Below, one piece after another: positions 6,319 to 14,761 of a stretch of 24,000 nt of DNA. The DNA lies in sequence record LT986460.2; one strand, 5' to 3'. Under the pieces are notes generated by a model. The model was given only the letters and a program-made list of their open reading frames with translations, did no database searches and was not told the DNA's origin. The position numbers and the translations under genes were made by a program. Numbering within the stretch: position 1 is the stretch's first letter; each line of letters begins with the position of its first letter. Source of the stretch: Pseudomonas phage GP100.

Positions 6319-6449
6319 AGTGGGGCGTGAAGTGGGCTCGTAATACCTGGGTGGTGTACGAGGTGGCTACTGGCGTCGAGGTTTGCTCTCATTGGTGGGA
6401 AGTAATCGCCCGTCGTGAAGCAGCTCGGCTCAATGAACGGGGTGTGTGA
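6315..6449 (+). CDS. hypothetical small protein (44 aa, MKWGVKWARNTWVVYEVATGVEV...)
   Basis: ATGA overlap with the previous ORF; AAAGGAGGAGGT RBS. Confidence 0.6.
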   Translation: MKWGVKWARNTWVVYEVATGVEVCSHWWEVIARREAARLNERGV

Positions 6450-6634
6450 TGAAGTACTCCAAGTACCAAGTGACACTATTGTTCGGCGGGGATGACTGCC
6501 CTAACATGCCACCCAAAGACTTTGTTGTAGCGGCCCAAGGCATCGAGAGTGCTGTCGTCGTAGCTACTTATGACGCCATTAACTTGGGCTACAAACGTCA
6601 CTGGGTCGTAGGCTTCCATGTGGAGGTGTTATGA
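6449..6634 (+). CDS. hypothetical protein (about 61 aa, MKYSKYQVTLLFGGDDCPNMPPKDFVV...)
   Basis: ATGA coupling with the previous ORF; track ORF 6446..6634. Confidence 0.65.
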   Translation: MKYSKYQVTLLFGGDDCPNMPPKDFVVAAQGIESAVVVATYDAINLGYKRHWVVGFHVEVL

Positions 6635-6726
6635 TGGAGAGCCCTGAAGTCCTGGTTCTTTTAATCCGCATACTGATAGTGTGCTTGGGAGTCTTATTTA
6701 TCGCCAAGTTGCCTTGGAGGTGGTAG
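6631..6726 (+). CDS. tiny membrane protein (31 aa, MMESPEVLVLLIRILIVCLGVLFIAKLPWRW)
   Basis: ATGA overlap, GTGGAGGTGTT RBS, one TM-like segment. Confidence 0.55.
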   Translation: MMESPEVLVLLIRILIVCLGVLFIAKLPWRW

Positions 6727-6930
6727 ATGGAACAAATTCTGTTGGCGCAGCTTGATCAAGCTCGGCGCAACATGTCTCAGGCTGCCTTCGATGAAGACTA
6801 CTCTGAGGCAGCCGTGTGGATGAACAAGATCGAAGCGCTCGAAGACGTGCTGGCCGAGGCTGGCGTACACAAACAAGCCGATGAGAAGGTCCAAGCTCAG
6901 GGCTTTAACGTGGTGGATATCCATGGCTGA
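6727..6930 (+). CDS. hypothetical protein (67 aa)
   Basis: Track ORF; TTGGAGGTGGTAG upstream. Confidence 0.65.
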   Translation: MEQILLAQLDQARRNMSQAAFDEDYSEAAVWMNKIEALEDVLAEAGVHKQADEKVQAQGFNVVDIHG

Positions 6931-7876
6931 GTTAAAAGCAAAGAAAGCTGGTGTGGTGGTTGACCCTGTGGTACTGGGGGCTAATTTCGAAATCGCCAAG
7001 GCAGCGCTGCTCAAGGTGGCCGGGAAACGTTTGCAGAACGCTGCGACGGCTCACCTGGACGCCCAAGGGGTGACTCAATACTCCATTGGTGGCAACGTTT
7101 GCCACAACCACATGAGCAATAGCGGCTACAAGTACGTAGTCAACTGCCTCATGATCGGGACTGACTACACCCATACCAAGGGTCGTTGCCTGCCTTACGA
7201 GGCCGAGCTGTGGTTCGTGGACTACATCATCAACCGCAGTGCGTACAGTGAGACGTTCGTCTCTAAAGACGCTGAGCAGTGCCTTGAAGACCAGATGACC
7301 ATCAGTAGCGGGGACCACCCGGCTAACCTCATGGTTGCCGGCCTGGTGGCCCTACGGCGCCTCTGGGAGTACACGACAGTGGTGTCCGTGGCCTACGCCC
7401 TCGTTCAACAGGGTGTTAGCGAGGATTTGGCCTTCATCTTGGGCCACTTGGCTCAGGTGGCTGAAGACCCAACGGACAAATCAGTGCTGACCTGGGACGC
7501 CTGTAAGGCTGGTCACTGCTCTCTCAACCCGGCCCGCATGGACTTCAAGGCGTTGCAGAACTTCATGAATCACAAGGTACTGCACCCCAACAAACTGTGG
7601 TCGGCTAGTGAGTATACCAACTACCACGGCTACGATGGCATGTACTCCGAGGGTGACGGCTACCCTGGCGATAACATCTACAACTACGTGCGGGCTCACT
7701 TCCCGTATTACTTGTACGACGGCAAGCCACCACTAGGTGCCAGCCTCAACATCTTTGCTAAGGCCATTCCCGTTAAGGGAAAGGCTGAGGTTAAGGGTGC
7801 GCACTTCAACAAGGCTATCGGCGTCATGGCCGAATGGGCTAAAACTCACCTGATGGAGAAGATTAACAATGCTTAA
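6923..7876 (+). CDS. hypothetical protein (317 aa), first gene of the amidotransferase/amidoligase block
   Basis: ATG at 6923 (MAELKAKKAGVVVDPVVLGANFEIAKAALL...); overlaps the start of the GATase gene. Confidence 0.85.
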   Translation: MAELKAKKAGVVVDPVVLGANFEIAKAALLKVAGKRLQNAATAHLDAQGVTQYSIGGNVCHNHMSNSGYKYVVNCLMIGTDYTHTKGRCLPYEAELWFVDYIINRSAYSETFVSKDAEQCLEDQMTISSGDHPANLMVAGLVALRRLWEYTTVVSVAYALVQQGVSEDLAFILGHLAQVAEDPTDKSVLTWDACKAGHCSLNPARMDFKALQNFMNHKVLHPNKLWSASEYTNYHGYDGMYSEGDGYPGDNIYNYVRAHFPYYLYDGKPPLGASLNIFAKAIPVKGKAEVKGAHFNKAIGVMAEWAKTHLMEKINNA

Positions 7877-8504
7877 GGTATTCATTGTCGGCGGCAATGG
7901 GGCGGGCTATGGTCGGATGTTCGGTAATGCTGGCTGGGAACTCGCTCAGAGCCCACTCACAGCCGACCTGATCCAATTCACGGGCGGGGAGGATGTATCC
8001 CCTGCCCTCTATGGCGAACAACGCCACCGCACCACTGGGGACTCTCTGGAGCGTGACCTGTATGAAGCTGGCTTCTTTGCTCTTGCACGTCGTATGGGCA
8101 TTCCTATGGCCGGTATTTGCCGAGGCGGGCAGTTCCTTAATGTAATGTCCGGCGGCAAGATGTATCAGCATGTAAGTGCTCACGCCACTGGTGCCCGTCA
8201 CCTGCTCACTGACCTCGACACGGGCCATGAAATTTCTGTCAGCTCGACCCACCACCAGATGATGCGTGCTGGTAAGGGCGGTGAGCTGGTTGCCACTGCA
8301 AGCCTGGGTGGCTTCAAGGAGTACATGCTCGACGGTCGTATCGCCAAGTGTGAAGATCCTGATGAACCTGATACCGAGGTGGTGTACTACGCCGAGACCA
8401 AGGCCCTGTGCTTCCAGCCTCACCCCGAGTTCTTCCAACCCGGTGACGAGTGCTTCGAGTACTACTTCGATTGCGTTGAGCGTTGCCATGGACTGCGGGC
8501 ATGA
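7869..8504 (+). CDS. class I glutamine amidotransferase-like protein (peptidase C26 / PuuD-like)
   Basis: Nucleophile context GIPMAGICRGGQFLNV, FTGGEDVSP loop and catalytic-His context CFQPHPEFF. Confidence 0.85.
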   Translation: MLKVFIVGGNGAGYGRMFGNAGWELAQSPLTADLIQFTGGEDVSPALYGEQRHRTTGDSLERDLYEAGFFALARRMGIPMAGICRGGQFLNVMSGGKMYQHVSAHATGARHLLTDLDTGHEISVSSTHHQMMRAGKGGELVATASLGGFKEYMLDGRIAKCEDPDEPDTEVVYYAETKALCFQPHPEFFQPGDECFEYYFDCVERCHGLRA

Positions 8505-8719
8505 AGTCCACCTTCGTAGTAGTTAAACGAGGTGTTTACAGGCATGACCTCTGCGGCTGTCACTCCAACCTTGAAAAAGCTAAAGCTTTGGCAGAGGTTG
8601 CTCAGCACAAAGAGAAAGACGCCTACCATGACTTTGAAGTGGTGGAGGTCTTTTACGACGGACGTGAAGAGTTGCACCTGTTCACCTTCACTGGCAAAGG
8701 CCACTGGGAGCTTCCCTAA
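8501..8719 (+). CDS. hypothetical small protein (72 aa, MKSTFVVVKRGVYRHDLCGCHSNLEKAKALAEVA...)
   Basis: ATGA overlap with the GATase stop. Confidence 0.65.
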   Translation: MKSTFVVVKRGVYRHDLCGCHSNLEKAKALAEVAQHKEKDAYHDFEVVEVFYDGREELHLFTFTGKGHWELP

Positions 8720-8720
8720 G

Positions 8721-8752
8721 GGAATGCTAGCGCTCGCAATTAACTTCAGAAA
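8721..8752 (+). promoter_or_regulatory. copy E of the recurrent upstream element
   Basis: GGAATGC-TAGCGCTCGC-AATTAACTTCAGAAA, same spacing as copies A/B, just upstream of the GATase class II gene. Confidence 0.6.
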
Positions 8753-8773
8753 ATCTTTCAAGGAATCAAATCA

Positions 8774-10147
8774 ATGTGCGGATTAGTGGGCGTTGCGGGT
8801 TACATCTCGCAAAAAGAAGAGGGGGTGTTCAAGCGTCTGTTGGAGATTGACACCATCCGTGGCCCACACTCTACAGGCGTTCTTGCTGTAGATGCTGGGG
8901 GCAACACTCAAGTGCTCAAGAAGACAGGAACCCCATGGAACCTGTACGAGTACAAGGCTTTCGACGAAATCATGCGTGCATCGCTGTGTGTGTTGATGGG
9001 CCACAACCGTTGGGCCACCAAAGGCAAGATCAACGAGCGTAATGCTCACCCGTTCGAGCATGATCACATCATCGGCGCTCACAATGGCACACTGCGTAAC
9101 CAGCATCTGTTGCCCAACCACCTAGACTTCGAAGTGGACAGTGACAACATCTTTCATGCCATGAGCACCATCGGTGTGGACGCTACCATTGCCAAGACCT
9201 CCGGGGCTTTTGCCCTGACTTGGTATGACTCCGAGCAGGAGACGATGAACTTCATCCGCAATGATGAACGTCCCCTGTACTTGTGCGAGGCAACTGATAG
9301 CCGCACTGTATTCTGGGCCAGTGAGCCTTGGATGCTGGAAGTGACTCTCGGCCTCGCTGGGATCAAGCACAAAGACCTGTACCAGCCGAAGCCGGGTGAG
9401 TTGTATACCTACCCAATAGAGCTGGCCTACGTCCCCAAAGCCTTCAAGAAAGTGGAGGTGCGCAACGTGGAGTTGCACAAATTTCCGGTGCACGTTGCCC
9501 CAAAGGGAAGCAGCGCAAATACAGGAAATAGCACAACTGTGTTTGGTAAGGCTGCGGGCAATGGTAACGTGGCTGATGACAAGGACAAAGTGAGTGCAAC
9601 GGGAAAAAAGTTGCTGACCCCGAACCAACTCGTGTTGCAAGGGAGGGTCGAATTCTTCGTCTCGTCCCTCGAAGCGAGTAAGATTACGGGTCAGGAATGG
9701 ATCTCTTGTCAGGCCTCCCAGGACAACTGTGAGATCGAACTCCGTGTATACATCACTGACCAAGCACTGACCGATTGGATGATGTACAGCACGCACCTGT
9801 TCGAGGGTGAAGTGCGTGGGTTCTCTACCGTCGGTGGTGACACTTACTGCACGATTGACCCACGTACCATCATCGAAATCATTCCAGCGTCTGAAGAGCT
9901 GGACGCTGATGAAGGTGGTGAGTGGGCTGTGATTCGTGACGGTGAGATCGTCTCTGAAGAGAGGTATGGAGAGGTGGTCTCTTGCGGTTGCGGCAACTGT
10001 AGAACCATTCCCACCATCGAAGAGTCAGAAGAGTTGGTGTGGTTGGACAAAGACAACTTCATCTGCGGCGAGTGTAAAGACATGCCAGTGGTGAAGGACT
10101 TCATAGACAAAGCCATCAAGGCTAAAAATCTGAAAAAGGCGGTGTAA
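8774..10147 (+). CDS. class II (Ntn) glutamine amidotransferase domain protein
   Basis: Starts MCGLVGVAGYI (Cys2 nucleophile); RGPHSTGVLAVD, MGHNRWATKGKIN and AHNGTLRN motifs; C-terminal Cys-rich CGCGNCR...FICGECKD. Confidence 0.9.
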   Translation: MCGLVGVAGYISQKEEGVFKRLLEIDTIRGPHSTGVLAVDAGGNTQVLKKTGTPWNLYEYKAFDEIMRASLCVLMGHNRWATKGKINERNAHPFEHDHIIGAHNGTLRNQHLLPNHLDFEVDSDNIFHAMSTIGVDATIAKTSGAFALTWYDSEQETMNFIRNDERPLYLCEATDSRTVFWASEPWMLEVTLGLAGIKHKDLYQPKPGELYTYPIELAYVPKAFKKVEVRNVELHKFPVHVAPKGSSANTGNSTTVFGKAAGNGNVADDKDKVSATGKKLLTPNQLVLQGRVEFFVSSLEASKITGQEWISCQASQDNCEIELRVYITDQALTDWMMYSTHLFEGEVRGFSTVGGDTYCTIDPRTIIEIIPASEELDADEGGEWAVIRDGEIVSEERYGEVVSCGCGNCRTIPTIEESEELVWLDKDNFICGECKDMPVVKDFIDKAIKAKNLKKAV

Positions 10148-10148
10148 C

Positions 10149-10178
10149 ATGGGCTTGAATATTCTGGTTGGTGCGTGA
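10149..10178 (+). pseudogene. truncated start of amidoligase gene (MGLNILVGA-stop) left 5' of the HNH insertion
   Basis: ATGGGCTTGAATATTCTGGTTGGTGCGTGA encodes the same nine residues as the intact gene start at 10637. Confidence 0.75.
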
Positions 10179-10179
10179 G

Positions 10180-10647
10180 ATGAATGGCCTTGCTTGGAAC
10201 AGGGACGCTAACTACGTGTGCCACGAGTCGGGCCACATCTTGAAGAAGAGCGGCAAAGGCTATCTTAAGGAGCACGTTGATAAGGACGGGTACCTCAGGG
10301 TAGTTACAACATGTAAAGGTAAGACCCTAAACCTTCTTGTGCATCGAGTTATCTATGAGGCCTTTGTTGGTCCTATTCCTCCGGGGTGGACAGTGGACCA
10401 CATAGATGATGACAAGACGAATAACCACTATAAGAACTTGCAAGTGTTGACAGCCGAGGACAATGCTATCAAGGGTAATGCCAAGCATTGGTTGGTTGTA
10501 AATCCGGAAGGTCAGTTAGTAGAAGTGTATAACCTCAGACAATTCTGTCGAGACAACGGCCTGCATCAGTCACACCTGTACAGGGTGATTAAAGGCCACC
10601 CCAAATATAAAGCCCACAAGGGCTGGAGGAAACACAATGGGACTTAA
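10180..10647 (+). CDS. HNH homing endonuclease, free-standing (155 aa)
   Basis: GYLRVVTTCKGKTLNLLVHRVIYEAFVGPIPPGWTVDHIDDDKTNNHYKNLQVLTAEDN followed by a DNA-binding-like C-terminal segment (YNLRQFCRDNGLHQSHLYRVIKG). Confidence 0.9.
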   Translation: MNGLAWNRDANYVCHESGHILKKSGKGYLKEHVDKDGYLRVVTTCKGKTLNLLVHRVIYEAFVGPIPPGWTVDHIDDDKTNNHYKNLQVLTAEDNAIKGNAKHWLVVNPEGQLVEVYNLRQFCRDNGLHQSHLYRVIKGHPKYKAHKGWRKHNGT

Positions 10648-11506
10648 CATTCTCGTGGGAGCCGATCCCGAAGTATTTGTCCGTAAAGTAGGTAAAAAGC
10701 AATTCCAATCCGCACATGGGCTGATTGTGGGGGACAAGAAAAACCCACAGAAAGTCCACGGCGGTGCCGTTCAAGTTGATGGCATGGCGTTGGAGTTCAA
10801 TATCGACCCGGCGAAGAATGAGAAAGAGTTCATCGCCAACATCACCGGTGTGATGAAAATCATGGGTGACATGGTGCCTGCTTACGAGCTGGTCCCTGTC
10901 CCTGTGGCCAACTTCACCGAGCGTGTGATGAAAGCGCAACCGAAGGAGGCCCTGGAGTTGGGCTGTGAGCCCGATTTCTGTGCTTGGAAGGGTGGTCAAG
11001 CTAACCCACGCCCCAACGGCGCTGTCAACTTCCGCACTGGTGCTGGTCACGTACACATCGGCTGGACTGATGGTGTTGACGTCAATGACCCCGGTCATAT
11101 GGAAGCCTGCATTATGGCGACCAAGCAACTGGACTTCTATCTCGGCCTGGCGTCCACCATCTACGACAAAGACGCCAAACGTCGGACCATGTACGGTGCT
11201 CCAGGGGCGTTCCGTCCCAAGCCCTATGGTGTTGAGTACCGTGTGCTCAGCAACGCCTGGTTGCAGTCTGAAGAGCTGATCGGCTGGGTCTACCGCACCA
11301 CCATCAAGGCCATCAACGACCTGTTCGAGGGCAGGGCTGGCTACAACCAGCACGTAGCCCTCATGGACATGGCTCTGCGGGCTGCCAAGCCTGACATGTA
11401 TCACGTCCGTGTGATCCTGGACAAGCTTGGCGTTGAGCCTCCTCCAGGCTTCAAGAAAGCTCCCCGTCTACAAGACGGCTACATCGAACTGGCAAAGGTG
11501 GCATAA
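10637..11506 (+). CDS. phage COOH.NH2 ligase-type amidoligase (ATP-dependent carboxylate-amine ligase)
   Basis: MGLNILVGADPEVFVRK..., GGAVQVDGMALEFNIDPA, FRTGAGHVHIGW; GS-like amidoligase signature pattern. Confidence 0.8.
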   Translation: MGLNILVGADPEVFVRKVGKKQFQSAHGLIVGDKKNPQKVHGGAVQVDGMALEFNIDPAKNEKEFIANITGVMKIMGDMVPAYELVPVPVANFTERVMKAQPKEALELGCEPDFCAWKGGQANPRPNGAVNFRTGAGHVHIGWTDGVDVNDPGHMEACIMATKQLDFYLGLASTIYDKDAKRRTMYGAPGAFRPKPYGVEYRVLSNAWLQSEELIGWVYRTTIKAINDLFEGRAGYNQHVALMDMALRAAKPDMYHVRVILDKLGVEPPPGFKKAPRLQDGYIELAKVA

Positions 11507-11507
11507 C

Positions 11508-12065
11508 ATGTCCATGTACGGCAAAGACCACGAGTATGCTCACAGCCGTCTCCATGAGACCATTGTGCGTCGTGGCGATGTGCCAATCTTTGTGTACAGC
11601 GTGCGTGCTGGCATGGTCGTACAGTACGCTGAGCTGGCTAACCTCGGGGATGTTGAGCCACGGTTGTGCCCTATCGACGAGTTGAATTTGCAGCCAGTGC
11701 CCTTGGGCTACTGCAACTACAACAAGAATGCCATCTACCTCCAGCGCATGCCAATGCGGCGGGACTGGAGGCAGGGGTTGCGTCGTGGGAACTTCACTTG
11801 CTGCGGCATTGGGGTAGACCCAAATCGCATTCCCTACGAGTCCATCGCACAGACCATACTCGGTGACTACCCTACCTTCAAGGCGTCACTTGATGCTGTA
11901 CGTAAGCTCAAATCCATCGCCTGGAGTCGCCTCTGGTCCGTGAACAACAGGCTGGAAGTCTTCTACAAAGGTGGTGTAAATCCTGTGGGCCGAGTCGAGG
12001 ACGGTGAAGTCGTCCTCGAACCTAGCTACACCTATCTGCGTGAGGCATTGAAGGAGTCTCTATGA
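11508..12065 (+). CDS. hypothetical protein in amidoligase cluster (185 aa)
   Basis: ATG at 11508 directly after the amidoligase stop; [32 protein letters not shown]... Confidence 0.8.
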   Translation: MSMYGKDHEYAHSRLHETIVRRGDVPIFVYSVRAGMVVQYAELANLGDVEPRLCPIDELNLQPVPLGYCNYNKNAIYLQRMPMRRDWRQGLRRGNFTCCGIGVDPNRIPYESIAQTILGDYPTFKASLDAVRKLKSIAWSRLWSVNNRLEVFYKGGVNPVGRVEDGEVVLEPSYTYLREALKESL

Positions 12066-12946
12066 AAACTGTGATGCAATGGTTTCGTCTTGCTAAGAAA
12101 TACAAGACAGCCGGTGACGTGGGCATCGAGATTGAGGTGGAGGGCCGCGGCCTTCCTCACCTCGAAAAGTTCTGGAAGAACGAGCAGGATGGCTCCTTGC
12201 GGGGTGAGTCCTGTGAGTACGTCCTTGAAAAGCCAATGACCTTGAAGGGGGCTCGTCTGGCTTTGTCTTACTTGGACGCACAATACAAAGCCCATGACAC
12301 TAAGGTGGCTGATAGTGTCCGGGCTGGAGTACACGTTCACGTCAACGTGCAAGACCTCAACATCATCCAGTTGTACAACTTCATGGTTGTATACCTGATC
12401 TTGGAAGAGGTGCTGGTCAAGTGGTGTGGACCTCACCGTGAGGGCAACCTCTTCTGCCTGCGTGCTGGTGACGCTGACTACTTGCTGAGTCAGTTGCAGC
12501 AGGTGGCACAGAGCAAGCACTTCGAGCACCTGCACAGTGACCAGCTCCGCTATGCGTCGATGAACGTCAAGGCACTGGGCACCTACGGTAGCCTGGAGTT
12601 CCGGGCCATGCGTGGCACCCGTGACTTGGACCTGATCTACCGTTGGGCTGAGGTACTGGTGGGCTTGAGGGAGTTCGCCAAGGGCTTCAATAACCCCAGC
12701 CAGATCATCGAAGGCTTCAGTGAAGGAGAGGCTGAAGGCTTTATCAAAGCAGCCCTTGGCCAACACGCTAAAGAGTTCGCTTGTGAGGGTTACGTTGACA
12801 TGCTGTGTGCTGGCATGCGTCGTGCTCAAGACGTAGCCTACTGTGTTGACTGGGAAGACTATCACGAGGTCGAGAAGAAATTGATCGGCGACTTGGAGTT
12901 CCCGTTGGGCACAGAGTTTCCTAATGAGCCGCTGGAGGACTACTGA
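12062..12946 (+). CDS. amidoligase-family protein
   Basis: [11 protein letters not shown]...[14 protein letters not shown]...[15 protein letters not shown]...[12 protein letters not shown] pattern typical of the putative amidoligase family. Confidence 0.8.
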   Translation: MKTVMQWFRLAKKYKTAGDVGIEIEVEGRGLPHLEKFWKNEQDGSLRGESCEYVLEKPMTLKGARLALSYLDAQYKAHDTKVADSVRAGVHVHVNVQDLNIIQLYNFMVVYLILEEVLVKWCGPHREGNLFCLRAGDADYLLSQLQQVAQSKHFEHLHSDQLRYASMNVKALGTYGSLEFRAMRGTRDLDLIYRWAEVLVGLREFAKGFNNPSQIIEGFSEGEAEGFIKAALGQHAKEFACEGYVDMLCAGMRRAQDVAYCVDWEDYHEVEKKLIGDLEFPLGTEFPNEPLEDY

Positions 12947-13155
12947 TGAGCCACTGCAATTGGGCTCCGCCTGAACTTTCAACTGGCAGGTCTGACGAGG
13001 AGAACGCCCTGCTGATTCTCAAGTCCTTGCCAGAACATATCCTGTCTGCGATACCTTTGGTAGTAATGACAGAGAGCGGTCAACTCACAGTCCTGTCCAT
13101 CTACATTGACGATGATGGCGAAGACCTTGTTATAGACGTGGAGAAACGTTCATGA
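12946..13155 (+). CDS. hypothetical small protein (69 aa)
   Basis: ATGA overlaps on both flanks within the cluster. Confidence 0.65.
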   Translation: MSHCNWAPPELSTGRSDEENALLILKSLPEHILSAIPLVVMTESGQLTVLSIYIDDDGEDLVIDVEKRS

Positions 13156-14285
13156 AAGCATCAATCTACCCGTACAAACCTGGTAGCGAATCCTGCAAAG
13201 CTCTGGCTGCTGGCCTGGGCCTCATCCGCATCGCTCACAAAGACAGCAAGTACAAGGGCAACAAGGACAAGCTGGTCATCAACTGGGGCGCCTCCAAGGT
13301 GCCTGAAGAGGTGAGCAAGTCTCTCATCCTGAACCTGCCACAGGCTGTACAGCAGGCGTCGAACAAGGCTTTGGCCTTCCGCCGCATGAACGAAGGCCGT
13401 CGTTTCACCCGCAAGGTGTACGTGGCTGGTGGTCACCATGATCTGGCTGTCGACCATGACCTGTTCGATGGTGTAGCCCCTGAGTTCATCGGCATCTTCG
13501 ACCACCATCGTTATGGCAAGGTGGACGTCAAAGAGGCAGCACCTAACGAGCTAGAGTACTGCCGTACTCCTGAGTACACCACTGACTATCACGTTGCTCG
13601 CAACTGGCTGGCTCTGGGCTTTACCGTGGTTGAACGTCACGTTCTGAACGGCCACAGTGGTGAAGGCATCCGTCTGGTAGAGCCAGAAGCTGGCGATCCA
13701 ATACACCGGGCCCCACTGTACGTTAAGTACGTACCGAAGAAGCAAGAGTACCGTGTCCACGTTTGTGGTGGCATTGCGGTTGACATCCAGCGTAAGGCAC
13801 GCCGCAAAGATGTGGCTGACGATGACATCAACTGGAAGATCCGTAACCACGGCAACGGTTTCGTCTTCGCTCGTAATGAGGATGGCGAGGTGCCTAAGGA
13901 CGTGATCGACCAGTCGGTGCGTGCTGTCAAGGCACTGGGTCTGGCCTTCGGCGCGGTCGATGTGATCTTCAATGACAAGTCGAAGCAGGCTTACGTGCTG
14001 GAAGTTAACACCGCGCCAGGGCTCGCTGGTGCCACGTTGGAGGGTTATGTGGCCAGGTTCAAGGACTACCTGTCTGGAGCCGTCCCAATCCCCGCACAGG
14101 AGGTCCCAGCGGCATTCATTGGGGAGGACGCTGACCCAGTTGATGCTCTCGCCAATTTGTTTGCTGGTGCGCCGGCAATTCCCGCCGGGTTGCTCATCAA
14201 ACCTCGTAAGGCAGCGGCCGCTAAGGCAGCCCAGGCGCAGGGTGTCGCAGGGCTCTTTCTCGACGATGACGGCTTCGATTTGTAA
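13152..14285 (+). CDS. ATP-grasp domain ligase (RimK-like)
   Basis: C-terminal metal/ATP-binding motif FGAVDVIFNDKSKQAYVLEVNTAPGLAG; EYRVHVCGGIAVDIQRKAR. Confidence 0.85.
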   Translation: MKASIYPYKPGSESCKALAAGLGLIRIAHKDSKYKGNKDKLVINWGASKVPEEVSKSLILNLPQAVQQASNKALAFRRMNEGRRFTRKVYVAGGHHDLAVDHDLFDGVAPEFIGIFDHHRYGKVDVKEAAPNELEYCRTPEYTTDYHVARNWLALGFTVVERHVLNGHSGEGIRLVEPEAGDPIHRAPLYVKYVPKKQEYRVHVCGGIAVDIQRKARRKDVADDDINWKIRNHGNGFVFARNEDGEVPKDVIDQSVRAVKALGLAFGAVDVIFNDKSKQAYVLEVNTAPGLAGATLEGYVARFKDYLSGAVPIPAQEVPAAFIGEDADPVDALANLFAGAPAIPAGLLIKPRKAAAAKAAQAQGVAGLFLDDDGFDL

Positions 14286-14293
14286 AATAAATT

Positions 14294-14321
14294 GGGGGAG
14301 CTTGTAGGGTTTTCCCCCTTT
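14294..14321 (+). terminator. weak candidate intrinsic terminator after the ligase cluster
   Basis: GGGGGA(14294-14299)...TCCCCC(14313-14318) followed by only TTT. Confidence 0.35.
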
Positions 14322-14352
14322 CCACCAGTATAGTAATCCCGAGGGTAGATAA

Positions 14353-14565
14353 ATGGCTAAGAAACAAGTCCAATGGCACATCGTCAATGGGGATGGCAAA
14401 CTCCTGTGGGACGAGGAAGACTTCTACCGCACTCGTAATGAAGCTCGTAAGGGTATCCAGCAGATCAAGCGGGACATCTTCAGGCCATGGTGTGCAAACG
14501 TGACACTCCCACTCAAGATCCTGCGCCGTGAGTGGATGATTGTTGATGAGCGCGAGGTTCGATAG
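14353..14565 (+). CDS. hypothetical protein (70 aa)
   Basis: Track ORF; GAGGGTAG upstream. Confidence 0.7.
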   Translation: MAKKQVQWHIVNGDGKLLWDEEDFYRTRNEARKGIQQIKRDIFRPWCANVTLPLKILRREWMIVDEREVR

Positions 14566-14573
14566 GAGGACTT

Positions 14574-14750
14574 ATGTCTAAGTGTACATTGCATGATGAG
14601 TCAAAAGCTTGCACTAAACTGTGCTCACGACTCACAGTAGGACTGTGGCCTGAATTTAAGGGCACGTTGAAAGAGGCAGTGAAAGAGAACCCATTCGAAC
14701 CTGGCACCAAGCTGTGGAAAGAGTGGGAAGAAAGCAATAACACTAAATAA
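14574..14750 (+). CDS. hypothetical small protein (58 aa)
   Basis: ATG after TAGGAGGACTT; read directly (below track cut-off). Confidence 0.65.
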   Translation: MSKCTLHDESKACTKLCSRLTVGLWPEFKGTLKEAVKENPFEPGTKLWKEWEESNNTK

Positions 14751-14761
14751 GAAGAGGGGTT

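Noticed and set aside
10149-10665. Group I intron carrying the HNH ORF
   Set aside because: The downstream copy has its own start codon and repeats the first nine codons, so splicing is not needed; no obvious P7/P3 core noticed. Free-standing insertion is simpler.
10589-11404. Antisense ORF of 271 aa
   Set aside because: Lies entirely opposite the HNH end and the amidoligase; no recognisable domain, typical codon-bias shadow ORF.
12943-12980. Second CTGATGAG motif as a possible hammerhead
   Set aside because: No GAAA or matching stems at compatible positions; it is the stop/start junction of two genes.
12032-12982. Long antisense ORF (316 aa, minus strand)
   Set aside because: Mirror of the + strand amidoligase codon pattern; the plus-strand gene has recognisable motifs and an RBS, the antisense product has none.
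13551-14399. Antisense ORF of 282 aa
   Set aside because: Opposite the ATP-grasp gene; no motifs and would oppose the operon direction.
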